From assembly GCA_037441675.1 (NCBI GenBank), contig JBBIRS010000002.1, positions 263,249 to 327,248 of the forward strand: DNA of 64,000 nucleotides, written 5' to 3'. Positions 10,208 to 19,690 of the stretch are shown here, in pieces (the stretch's first letter is position 1; every line of letters starts with the position of its first letter). Below the pieces are notes generated by a model that was not told the origin of the DNA, did no database searches, and saw only the letters and a program-made list of their open reading frames with translations. Origin of the DNA: Planctomycetales bacterium (lineage in GTDB: Bacteria > 4484-113). A program made the position numbers and the translations under genes.

Positions 10208-12721
10208 TCATTTGTGGGAGTGCGATTTTCTAACTGACTTAGATTTTTCTTTAGTGTTTGCCACCTTTGGGGTTCCGAGGGAAGATGCCCGTTTAGCTTT
10301 GGAGTTTTTTCTGGCAATGGCGAGCTTCTTTCCCCTCGTTTTTTTACCATTAGTCTTAGGGGATTCGTCGTAAAGCACAAGAGGTAATACTTCATTCAAG
10401 TGCTTCACGTAGAAAATGTCCATTCCACTTTTAATTTCGTCTGGAACTTCATTAATGTCCTTTTGGTTTCTTGCGGGCAAGATAATTCTTCTAATTCCGA
10501 CACGCTTAGCACCTAGAAGTTTTTCTTTTAATCCTCCAACTGGAAGTATGCGACCTTTTAGAGTAATTTCTCCAGTCATTGCAGTGTCGTTCCGAACCTT
10601 AATTCCATTAAAAAGGGATATCAGGGCGGTGGCAACAGTTATACCTGCTGATGGCCCATCTTTGGGTATTGCTCCCGCGGGGAAGTGAATATGGATATCG
10701 CACTCGTTTATCGCCGCAGGATCTACATTTAACTCCTTGGCGTTACTCTTGAGAAAAGTTAATGCGGCTTGACAGCTTTCCTTCATAACATCCCCAAGAT
10801 GACCGGTAAGAATGAGGTTCCCCTTTCCTGACATCTTGCTTGTCTCTATAACTTGAATATCTCCTCCCACGCTAGTCCAAACCATTCCAGTGGCAACGCC
10901 AACTTGTCCCTTTATCTTTTCTTCTTCAAGCTCGTACTTTCTAACTCCAAGATATTCAACAAGCTTCTTTTCATTATTAACATTCTCCTGTTTAATCTCG
11001 CCGGAAGCAATTTTCAGTGCGACCTTTCTGCATATCTTCGCGAGTTCTCTTTCAAGGTTTCTGACTCCCGCTTCCCGAGTATAATTAAGGATAATCTTTC
11101 TCAACACTGGCTGAGAAATTCTTAACTGCCAAGCGTTTAACCCATGAGCTTCCAACTCCTTTGGCAAAAGGAATTTCTTCGCAATCTGAACTTTCTCCAT
11201 CTCCGTGTAGCCGGAGAGCCGTATAACTTCCATTCGGTCAAGAAGAGCAGGGGGAATTGTATCTAATATGTTTGCGGTGGTTATGAAAAGCACATTGGAA
11301 ACATCAAACGGAACTTCTAGATAATGGTCGGAAAATGCATAATTCTGCTCCGGATCAAGGGCTTCTAAAAGAGCTGAACTAGGATCACCACGAAAGTCCA
11401 TTCCCACCTTATCAATTTCATCCAACATAAAGACTGGATTTCGTGTCCCGGCAGTCCTAATTCCTTGGATTATTCTTCCCGGCAGAGCACCAACGTAAGT
11501 TCTCCTGTGTCCTCTTATCTCTGCCTCGTCCCGTATTCCACCTAAACTCATACGCACAAATTTCCTTCCTAAAGCTCGAGCAATTGATTTACCTAGACTA
11601 GTCTTTCCAGTTCCAGGCGGACCAACAAAGCAAAGAATCGGACCTTTTAGTTTCTTCGTCATCTTAATTACGCCCAGAAACTCCAACAATCTATCCTTAA
11701 TTTCCTCCAAGCCGTAATGGTCTTCATCCAAGATGCTCTTCGCTTTTTTGATATTGGTTTCATCCTCAGTAAGCTTGTTCCAGGGAAGATCACATAGGGT
11801 ATCAAGGTACGTTCTAATTACCCCACCCTCAGCAGATTCCGGGTGCAATTTTGACAGCCTATCAAGCTCTTCAAATGCTTTCTTTTCAACATCCTCAGGC
11901 ATCTGGGCAAGCTTTATCTTCTCTTCAAACTTTTGACGCTCCACTTCTTTGCTGTCTAGTTCTCCCAGCTCCCTCTGGATGGCTTTTAGTTGTTCTCTCA
12001 GGAAAAACTCCCTTTGGCTCTTACCAACCTCATCCTGAACCTGGTTCTGAATCTCGTTGCTCATGTGAAGAAGTTGAATCTCCCTTGATAGTAGAGAGTT
12101 CACAAGGGTTAATCTCTCCTCCGGGCTAATTGTTTCAAGTACTCTTTGCCTTTCCTCCAGCTTAACATTGATGTGAGTTGCAAGAAAATCCGCAAGCATA
12201 CCAGGTTCACGAATGTTATTTCCCGCAACTAAAATTTCGGCAGGGAGAGAACGGGAAAGATTAACGAATTCCTTAAACTGTTCAATTGAGCTTCGCATAA
12301 GCGCCTGTATACGAAGATTGTCTACCTTCTCCTCAATAAGTGGCATAATCCGAGCCTCAAAATATGGGGTATCGCGCGTGAACCTCTTCACCATAAATCT
12401 TGATAATCCTTGGACCAGTATTCTCGTTCCACCCTCTGGCAAAACCAGCTTCCGTAGAATTAGCGCTATGGTCCCAATGGTGAATAAATCCTCAAAATGA
12501 GGATCCTCTATCTGTTCATCCTTTTGCGTAAGAAGACCAATTAGCCTGTTGCCCTGAAAGACCTCCTCAATTGCGGCGACGCTTTTCTCTCGCGATACGT
12601 GAATTGGAAGAACTAAATTCGGGAATACAACAACGTTTCTAAGTGCAAGGATTGGGATTTGCTCCGGAATGGGAGGGGTAGAAGAATCCTTTACACCAGT
12701 TTGGACAGGTTGCTCAGCCAT
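10208..12721 (-). CDS. lon: ATP-dependent Lon protease
   Basis: LON N-domain, DHYGL, GPPGTGKTS, GHRRTYVGALPG, LDEIDK, PKDGPSAG, and a Lys-rich C-terminal tail. Confidence 0.98.
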   Translation of the reverse strand: MAEQPVQTGVKDSSTPPIPEQIPILALRNVVVFPNLVLPIHVSREKSVAAIEEVFQGNRLIGLLTQKDEQIEDPHFEDLFTIGTIALILRKLVLPEGGTRILVQGLSRFMVKRFTRDTPYFEARIMPLIEEKVDNLRIQALMRSSIEQFKEFVNLSRSLPAEILVAGNNIREPGMLADFLATHINVKLEERQRVLETISPEERLTLVNSLLSREIQLLHMSNEIQNQVQDEVGKSQREFFLREQLKAIQRELGELDSKEVERQKFEEKIKLAQMPEDVEKKAFEELDRLSKLHPESAEGGVIRTYLDTLCDLPWNKLTEDETNIKKAKSILDEDHYGLEEIKDRLLEFLGVIKMTKKLKGPILCFVGPPGTGKTSLGKSIARALGRKFVRMSLGGIRDEAEIRGHRRTYVGALPGRIIQGIRTAGTRNPVFMLDEIDKVGMDFRGDPSSALLEALDPEQNYAFSDHYLEVPFDVSNVLFITTANILDTIPPALLDRMEVIRLSGYTEMEKVQIAKKFLLPKELEAHGLNAWQLRISQPVLRKIILNYTREAGVRNLERELAKICRKVALKIASGEIKQENVNNEKKLVEYLGVRKYELEEEKIKGQVGVATGMVWTSVGGDIQVIETSKMSGKGNLILTGHLGDVMKESCQAALTFLKSNAKELNVDPAAINECDIHIHFPAGAIPKDGPSAGITVATALISLFNGIKVRNDTAMTGEITLKGRILPVGGLKEKLLGAKRVGIRRIILPARNQKDINEVPDEIKSGMDIFYVKHLNEVLPLVLYDESPKTNGKKTRGKKLAIARKNSKAKRASSLGTPKVANTKEKSKSVRKSHSHK

Positions 12722-12845
12722 ATAGCTTTTTCTATTTTTGATTATACCATTCTAGCCCTGCCTTCTCTGTTTTAGCATTGTTTAGAGAATTTCAATTTAA
12801 GGTGAGGTTCCACATTTCTTGCTACAAGTGTATAATATTAGCCTT

Positions 12846-13223
12846 ATGCCTGTATATCACTTTCGCGAGCTTGTAATTCACGTTAGTAATCTTAGCCGCT
12901 CCATAGATTTTTACTCATCCATTCTTGGTTTCTCCCTTGATGATCAAGAGGAGTTTATGGGACACCAAATGGCACATATGAGCAATGGCAACGTGCGAAT
13001 CTTCTTACTGCAAGAACCACCAGCCTGGCCACCCCAATGGCACCATCTTGGAGCAATGTTACACTTTGTAGTCGGTAACGATATTGAAGAGTTACACAAG
13101 TCTCTTATGGATAAAGGGGCTCATATATTTAGGGAACTTTCTTTAGGTTCATGGGGAGACCGCATATTCATCATCACCGACCCTGATGGGTATCGGATTA
13201 TGTTTAGTGAACGTGGCGAATAA
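12846..13223 (+). CDS. VOC/glyoxalase family protein
   Basis: HVSNLSRSIDFYSSILGF and WGDRIFIITDPDGYRI. Start set at ATG 12846. Confidence 0.85.
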   Translation: MPVYHFRELVIHVSNLSRSIDFYSSILGFSLDDQEEFMGHQMAHMSNGNVRIFLLQEPPAWPPQWHHLGAMLHFVVGNDIEELHKSLMDKGAHIFRELSLGSWGDRIFIITDPDGYRIMFSERGE

Positions 13224-13384
13224 AAAAGTCTAATGACATCCAAAATAGGAGCCAACATATTACCCCTAAAAAGCGTTTCTAGCCTGCTTATTAATTTTTA
13301 ATATTTTTATTAATCCGCTGAATAGTGTATTCTCACGCAAGTAAGTTCCTTCCAAGCTTTTGTATAATCCGTATAGGAGTTTCT

Positions 13385-16300
13385 ATGAAGCAACAATCAT
13401 TCGGCGTTCATTTTTTGACACCTTGGTTAATTTTTCTTCTCAGTATTTTTGTATTCCTGGGATATTCTAGGTTATTGAGGGCTGAAACCACCGGCTTCAA
13501 CCCAATCTCCTTGAGCGGGACTTGGCTCTTTAAGGAAGATAGTGAAGATTTAGGACTGAGCGAGAACTGGTGGCTTGATGAAAAAGGTAATTCTTGGAGA
13601 GAGGTTCTTGTTCCATCTGCGGGGGAGCTATTTGCGGGAGAGTCCTTTGACGGTATTATTTGGTATAAGAAAGAATTCACACTACCCAAAAATTGGAAGG
13701 GGAGGCGCATATGGCTTGAGTTTGAACGAGTTGCAACAATCGCAACTATCTACTTGAATGGACACGAAATTGGTAGCCATACTGGCGATTACACCAGATT
13801 TCGTTTTGAGATAACAGATGGAGTAAAGTTGGGTGAAGAAAATGTTCTAACGGTCCGCGTGGATGAGGCGGTTGGGCATGTAACCCAGGGTTTCTTATCT
13901 TCTATAAGCCTGCATCATGGTGGAATTTGGGGACACGTGCGGGTCTTTTCAACGGGTGAGCTTGCGATAAAGGTGGATGGCATATTCGCAGATGCAGATT
14001 ATGACAATGGACGCGTAAGAGTGAGCGTCGCGTTTGATGGCGAAGTTGAAGGCGGACAATTCCCCTATGAGGTTTGGATCACCAAAGTGGGATCTTCTAG
14101 AAGGCTTGCTAGCGCTATTGATTTTGCGGATACGCAAAGGGGCGAGTTTTCCAATGTGCTTATTATGGACTCGTCCCCAAAATTATGGGAGCCGATGAAT
14201 CCATACCTCTACGAGCTTCACGTTAGATTGCTCAACATAAAGGGGAAAGTCTCTGACGAGCAAAGCGTTAAGTTCGGTTTCAGGAAGGTTGAGGCTGAGG
14301 GGGAATATCTAAAGCTAAATGGAAAACCGATTACTTTCCGAGCTGTACTAGATTGGGGATATTACAAGGAGAAAGTAGCGCCTGCGCCTGATGAGGAAAC
14401 TATCCGAAGACAATTCGCGGAGATTAAGAAACTTGGGTTCAACGGTGTAAAGCTTGTCCTGGTAATTATGAATCCAAAATACTATGAAATTGCAGATGAG
14501 ATGGGTGTTCTGCTTTGGCAAGAATATCCACTATGGCATATGCCCATTGACAAAACTACAAGGGATGAGCTTCTGCGAATGTATGAAGCGTTTTATCGGC
14601 AGGATAGAAACCATCCAAGCATAATCTTAAGAAGCATAACTTGCGAATCGGGAGGCGTTGACAAGCAAGTTATGGGAGAGCTCTACGCGCTAGGTAAGAA
14701 GATAATCCCAAATTGCCTATTGGAGGATAATTCATCTTGGTTCTGGCTTTCTAACCCCGAATATGCAGGCTACTGGGATGAGCATCCGTATTTAACAAAT
14801 CCGCAATGGGTACGTTATATCCAAAACCTGGATAAGGTAATGGCAGAAAAAGAGCCAAAGCCGTTTCTTCTAGGAGAGGCAATGGCGTTTAATACTTGGA
14901 TTGACAGTATAGCGCTACTTGCGGAGATTGGTGATAGCCGTCCTTGGTGGTTACCAAAGTGCTTTGGTTCAGCCTTAGAAATTGAAAAAAAGATTGTCGC
15001 TGAATATGGCACTAACGCAGTAGAAACACTTCTTAAAGATTCTTACCGCTATGCGCTCCTGCATCGAAAGTTCCAAATAGAACTTTTCCGTATCCGTCCC
15101 GGCAACACTGGCTATGTTGTGAATGTGATACGCGATATGCCGTTAATCCGATGCGGGCTTTACGATGACCTGGAGCGTCTTCGCTGGAATCAAGATGATT
15201 GGAGTTTTCAGGGAGACGTATCCATCCTCCCAAAGACACCAGAAGAACGAAATGGCTTTTTTCTTGGCGAGAAAATTCCTATTAATGTTAGTATTTCTAA
15301 TTTCGGAGATGGAGCAGTTTCGGCGAAAAACCTTGTGATAACTTCATCTATTGCAGAGGGTAATTCAACACGAATACAAAAATTGGAGTACACTCCGTTA
15401 ACAACACTGGAAGAGCTTGTTAATCCTGGTGAAGTGAAAACGGTTACCTCCGGCCTGCTATCAGTTGATGGAGCAACTTCTCCTACACCAATTGACCTCC
15501 AACTTCAATTGAAGGGGACAGCGAAAAACTCACGACGCCTTTGGTTCCTCCCACGCCCTAACTGGAATGAATACGCTGAAAAAGACGTTTATGTTCATTA
15601 CCCAGGATATGCCGATATCGCAAAGTATATACCTTCAGCACCAATTTGGGATGAAACGAAGTCACCATTACCCGAAAATGCACGAGTTATCTTCGCAGAT
15701 GTGTTCACAAGAAAATTACTTGACTTCGTGAATGGTGGAGGGAAGGTAATAATTCTAGCCTCAAACTGGCCCGGCGCGTTCTCTGCAATTGAGCATTCTT
15801 ACTGGAGGGATGTTCCTTTCATTCCGCGGACCGCCTGGACGGAGACAGAGGCTCAGGCAATACTTGAGCTTCAATCCTATGACCTTGTCCAAAACTACTC
15901 AATGGTGGTTCCCACTCAGGAACTAAATATTCACGAGAAGGTCCAACCACTGCTTCGCCTTCTTGACACTCATGATCTCTCCGAAGTGATAGTATATGAC
16001 CAGCTTTTTGAGGCGAGGATTGGCAGGGGAAGCCTTCTGGTTGCATCGCTAGATTTTTCCACACCTGCTGGGCAGTGGTTACTTTCACGCTTGATCGACC
16101 GCCTGCTCACATCAACTCCACAAGGCAAAACAATGAGTTATGAGGAAGCCCTTTCATTCTCCGTTCCGACGCCCTATGCCCTCATTCCACTTCTTGGCAA
16201 CTGGAAATTCCAGCCTGATGCGAATAATGTTGGTGTAGCTGAGAGATGGTACTTGCCCGATTTTGACGATTCTATGTGGCAGGAGCTGCCCGTCTCTCGT

Positions 16301-16633
16301 CATTGGGAGGGCTTCGGAATTAATTATGATGGCTGGGCGTGGTATCGACGCAACGTTGAAATTCCTGTTGAGTTAGCGGGAAAGAACATAGAGCTAATTG
16401 CTGAGGGCATTGATGACGTTTATGAGGTTTACGTAAATGGTAAGTTCGTGAAGTTTCACGGAGATTTGAAACTAGGGCACCCGGAGGGCTCAGTCTGGCT
16501 GAAGCGAACTGTAACAAAGATTGGTAAGTTTCTCAAAGCGGGCGAAGTAAATTCAATTGTTATTCACGTCCTTGATTGGACCGGGGCGGGCGGAATCTGG
16601 AAACCCATCTACCTCGCGGTTGCACAGGATTAG
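13385..16633 (+). CDS. Secreted glycoside hydrolase family 2-like protein with a second, C-terminal galactose-binding-like domain
   Basis: Signal peptide; SLSGTWLF...WYKKEF sugar-binding domain; LWEPMNPYLY, FGFRKV, ADEMGVLLWQE, RNHPSII. C-terminal LLGNWKF...YDGWAWYRR...GGIWKPIYL repeats the N-domain. AGGAG SD before ATG 13385. Confidence 0.85.
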   Translation: MKQQSFGVHFLTPWLIFLLSIFVFLGYSRLLRAETTGFNPISLSGTWLFKEDSEDLGLSENWWLDEKGNSWREVLVPSAGELFAGESFDGIIWYKKEFTLPKNWKGRRIWLEFERVATIATIYLNGHEIGSHTGDYTRFRFEITDGVKLGEENVLTVRVDEAVGHVTQGFLSSISLHHGGIWGHVRVFSTGELAIKVDGIFADADYDNGRVRVSVAFDGEVEGGQFPYEVWITKVGSSRRLASAIDFADTQRGEFSNVLIMDSSPKLWEPMNPYLYELHVRLLNIKGKVSDEQSVKFGFRKVEAEGEYLKLNGKPITFRAVLDWGYYKEKVAPAPDEETIRRQFAEIKKLGFNGVKLVLVIMNPKYYEIADEMGVLLWQEYPLWHMPIDKTTRDELLRMYEAFYRQDRNHPSIILRSITCESGGVDKQVMGELYALGKKIIPNCLLEDNSSWFWLSNPEYAGYWDEHPYLTNPQWVRYIQNLDKVMAEKEPKPFLLGEAMAFNTWIDSIALLAEIGDSRPWWLPKCFGSALEIEKKIVAEYGTNAVETLLKDSYRYALLHRKFQIELFRIRPGNTGYVVNVIRDMPLIRCGLYDDLERLRWNQDDWSFQGDVSILPKTPEERNGFFLGEKIPINVSISNFGDGAVSAKNLVITSSIAEGNSTRIQKLEYTPLTTLEELVNPGEVKTVTSGLLSVDGATSPTPIDLQLQLKGTAKNSRRLWFLPRPNWNEYAEKDVYVHYPGYADIAKYIPSAPIWDETKSPLPENARVIFADVFTRKLLDFVNGGGKVIILASNWPGAFSAIEHSYWRDVPFIPRTAWTETEAQAILELQSYDLVQNYSMVVPTQELNIHEKVQPLLRLLDTHDLSEVIVYDQLFEARIGRGSLLVASLDFSTPAGQWLLSRLIDRLLTSTPQGKTMSYEEALSFSVPTPYALIPLLGNWKFQPDANNVGVAERWYLPDFDDSMWQELPVSRHWEGFGINYDGWAWYRRNVEIPVELAGKNIELIAEGIDDVYEVYVNGKFVKFHGDLKLGHPEGSVWLKRTVTKIGKFLKAGEVNSIVIHVLDWTGAGGIWKPIYLAVAQD

Positions 16634-16986
16634 AAATGACATAGTTTGGATTTGCACCATTGCAGCTTTTGCCCCGCCGATTAACTAGGTCAATGCATAG
16701 GATTTGCAAGAGTGATTGGAGTAGCATAATGGGGTTTTGTTTCTCCGATACATGATTAATTAGAGTGGAGATTAGACTATCACCTAAGGCTTTGTTAAAC
16801 ATACTCGCACTTCGCACAAGGTGAGCTCTTATCGACGAGACTATTACTCAAGTGATGCGAAATAGCGCCTGAGGAGATTTTCAAGAACTTCGCTGTGGGA
16901 AAGCGCGGGGGCTGATGGCGTGGTGGTTGTCGCTTATAACTCGTTGGCTTTTAGAAAAGTTGTAAGGCTGGGGAAAACTAACCTTG

Positions 16987-17340
16987 CTAGTCCAGCCCCA
17001 AATGATACTTCAAGGCTTCTGTTACTGAGCTTATATACTTTGGCGGAAGTTTACCAATAATCTTGCCCACCTGAGAAAGTGAAACAGTCCTAATCTGCTC
17101 GCATTTAACCCAGGAATCTTTGGCAAGTCCTGCTACTCCTTTGGGGATATGCGCAAGAAATGGGAAAGGCTTCGGGGGAGCCTTACTTGTAAGTGGAAGA
17201 ATGGTAACCGTTCCACCAACGCCGGGAAATCGTTCAAAAACAACAGCGTGTCTTTTTCCGAGCACTTCCTTGCCTTTAACCGGATTCATATCAACATAAA
17301 CTATCGTGCCCTTGTGTAGTTTCAGGTTACAACACGGCAT
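16987..17340 (-). CDS. Type II toxin, MazF/PemK family endoribonuclease
   Basis: GTIVYVDMNPVKGKE..GKRHAVV, VTILPLTS, GLAKDSWVKCEQIRTVS. GGAGG upstream of ATG 17340. Confidence 0.9.
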   Translation of the reverse strand: MPCCNLKLHKGTIVYVDMNPVKGKEVLGKRHAVVFERFPGVGGTVTILPLTSKAPPKPFPFLAHIPKGVAGLAKDSWVKCEQIRTVSLSQVGKIIGKLPPKYISSVTEALKYHLGLD

Positions 17341-17362
17341 CTTTGCGGTCTCACTCCTCCGC

Positions 17363-17587
17363 TTATTCGTCAAATCCTTCCTCAGTTTCGTGGGCATCCT
17401 CTTTCGCGTAATACGCGTATCCCTCAAGGGCTAGTTTGTCGCGCTCGCGGTCGAGCTCTGCCTTAACTGCCTCGGCAATTAACTGGTTGAGTGACTTCGC
17501 CCGGCGTTTGGCAAGCTTCTTCGCCTCTTCCGCCAGTTTGGCGGGGAGCCTCGTCGTGAAATTTATGGTGTCAGTAATTGATTCCAT
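17363..17587 (-). CDS. Antitoxin, ribbon-helix-helix type
   Basis: FTTRLP...AKKLAKRRAKSLNQLIAEAV RHH pattern plus LALEGYAYYA (MazE/EndoAI-like tail), directly upstream of the toxin. Confidence 0.85.
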   Translation of the reverse strand: MESITDTINFTTRLPAKLAEEAKKLAKRRAKSLNQLIAEAVKAELDRERDKLALEGYAYYAKEDAHETEEGFDE

Positions 17588-17609
17588 TATAATATACCAT
17601 TATATTATA
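17588..17609. promoter_or_regulatory. Palindromic operator overlapping the TA promoter
   Basis: TATAATATA-ccat-TATATTATA is a perfect 9-bp inverted repeat abutting the antitoxin start codon and containing -10-like hexamers. Confidence 0.6.
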
Positions 17610-17738
17610 CCGTAAATTTGGACCTCTGTGTTTGGGAAGTGACCATACGGAAGGGGTTGCAGTTGTAGGCTGTTAGTAGTAAGAGTTGTGTCCTTGGGCA
17701 AGGCACGGATTCTGCGAACTAGTTAGGCGTGAATTGTC

Positions 17739-18002
17739 CTATCCTCTAGGTAGTTTATACCGTATGCGGAGGCGCGCGCCATTGTTCTTTCTAGGTTTAT
17801 CAAGTATTTCGTCTTCAGTTCTCATCTTGTCATACATAACCTGACAACACGTCGGTATCCTGTTGTCCTTTCCTGGATAGCTACCTACTCTCTTATGAAG
17901 TTCGCCCCAGCCTATTTCCACATGATATTGACCTAGTTTCTCCGCCTTCGCGAATATTGCCTAGAGTTCTTTCTTAAAATCCTCTCTTGTCAGTTTATTT
18001 AT
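17739..18002 (-). pseudogene. Disrupted small hypothetical gene (ELHKRVGSYPG..RIPTCC..M...LRIRYKLPR)
   Basis: The frame continues upstream of the 60-aa track ORF through an in-frame TAG (17961-17963) to KLTREDFKKEL. The apparent start codon is ATA. Confidence 0.55.
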
Positions 18003-18059
18003 GGTTTCATTCCCTTTCTCCGCAGAGGACAATCGGTCATCTCCACCAAGTCTGTTTAC

Positions 18060-18803
18060 TCAAACCTTGGGGCAGACTGCATCTAGTGGGCACTCCATTC
18101 AGTTAGGCATTCTCGGGTGTCAAAATTCACGCCCAATCCGCCAAGCGGGTCGGTCTAGTGCCCGGAGTATTCAGGATAAAATATCCGTGCTGCCAAAATT
18201 GCAGTCAGCGCATCCTCAGCAGGTGCAAAGCCACTTCTATAAAAAACCCTTTGCAATGAACGTCAGGTTTAACATCGATCTATCCAATTTGTCTTCCGGG
18301 AGACGGAGTTTCCCGTCACTAATGAGGATGTTAACCACCATATCTGCAATGCCTTTCCCAACGCCGTAAATGCTCGTGAGCCTAGACACAATTTCCGCTA
18401 CCCTTGTCGAATTCCAGAATCCAATGGCGTCCCCGTCGTAGTTTTCATCACAATTCTCGCACAATCCAGAATTGTTCGTGCCGCCTGCTTCGGAAATCGT
18501 GGTCGTTTAGGCAAGGATCGCAGGGTAAGCCATATCTTCAACCGACATAAGCGCAATCTTAGCAGGCTCAAGATGCCCAAGCTTTTATCTCAACCAATAA
18601 GGGATGCACCAATAATTCTCCGCGATGGCTCCTCTATCAATGCACGCAGCAAGTAGAAAAGCGAACGGGTTCTTTGAGTTGAGGTCGTTGGTTTCGTAGT
18701 TCTCAGTGATGGTGGAAGTGTTGAGCGGGTGATTCCTACGGTACTCTAAGAGTACTGCAACAACAAGTTCATTTACAGATGCTGGTTTCCCATCACCGCT
18801 CAA
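18060..18803 (-). pseudogene. Degraded HhH-GPD/endonuclease III-like DNA glycosylase with a 4Fe-4S motif
   Basis: Fragments across frames: PFAFLLAACIDRG, RFPKQAARTI, IYGVGKGIADM (HhH), DVKPDVH, and AWRIGREF*HPRMPN*MECPLDAVCPK (C-x6-C-x2-C-x5-C spacing). Several stops and frameshifts. Confidence 0.8.
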
Positions 18804-18850
18804 CAGAGTATATCGCGAAGGATGACACGGCGAGACGCGGAGAGTTTGTC

Positions 18851-19489
18851 TTAAGTTGAAACCATCTTCAACGCATCAAGGCTGGTGATGAACTTCGCGC
18901 CCTTTTCACGCCAATTATCTAATATCTCTGCTTCTTTTTCGGGATAGACGGGCTTAATTGCGTCTGTGATGACATAAGTTATGATCTCGCGCTCAAGAAG
19001 TCCAAGAACCGAAGCATTCACGCAAAAGTCCGTTGCCACGCCGAAGACGATTGCCTTGCTGAAGCCCTCCGCCTTCAGCTTTTCAAGAAATGCTTCAAGG
19101 TTGACATTGCCAAAGAAGGAGTAAGTTTGCTTTTCAAAGATAATCTGGGGCGCGAGCTCGTCAAGGGGCTTATCTTGCCAATTAGCACCTAGCGCCTTTT
19201 CAAGCCCACCCTCCACATTCTCCACAAAAGTAAGACCACGCATCATCGTTTCGTCAATCTTTAACTGCCCAGGCTCGCCCTTCACGCAATGCGGTGGAAA
19301 AACTTCAAACTCAGGGTCGTCTTTGGTATGCGCGTCCACCGAGCCAATGACGGGAACATTACCTGCCTTTATTGTGTTGTAGAGCTTTTCATACACAGGG
19401 ATAAGGGATGCAGAGTCCGGTACATAAAGGGCACCTTGGGGATTTAGGAAGTCAAACTGAGTGTCAATATCTACAAAAAATGTTCGCAT
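18851..19489 (-). CDS. pncA: Nicotinamidase/isochorismatase family cysteine hydrolase
   Basis: VDIDTQFDF, GALYVP, DAH, FPPHCV, FEK, GVATDFCV (Asp-Lys-Cys triad). Confidence 0.85.
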   Translation of the reverse strand: MRTFFVDIDTQFDFLNPQGALYVPDSASLIPVYEKLYNTIKAGNVPVIGSVDAHTKDDPEFEVFPPHCVKGEPGQLKIDETMMRGLTFVENVEGGLEKALGANWQDKPLDELAPQIIFEKQTYSFFGNVNLEAFLEKLKAEGFSKAIVFGVATDFCVNASVLGLLEREIITYVITDAIKPVYPEKEAEILDNWREKGAKFITSLDALKMVST

Positions 19490-19690
19490 AATTCACCTTT
19501 AATTCCAAAATTATATACCTCTGAAAGTAAGAATTATGGTTTGTGGAATAAACATAAAACAAGTTAGCTGAATTACAGAAGATTCCTCAAGATTTCACCT
19601 TACCCGATATTCCTAATTTGTTAATGAAACGTTGGCAATGCTGTTTAATAATTAGAATATTGCTTGCTAGTATGTTAGACTTAGAAGGAC

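Noticed and set aside
18099..18122. Genome-wide TGA reassignment
   Set aside because: Intact genes (mnmE, lon, EF-G2, purC) end in TGA at the expected positions, and Trp is encoded by TGG.
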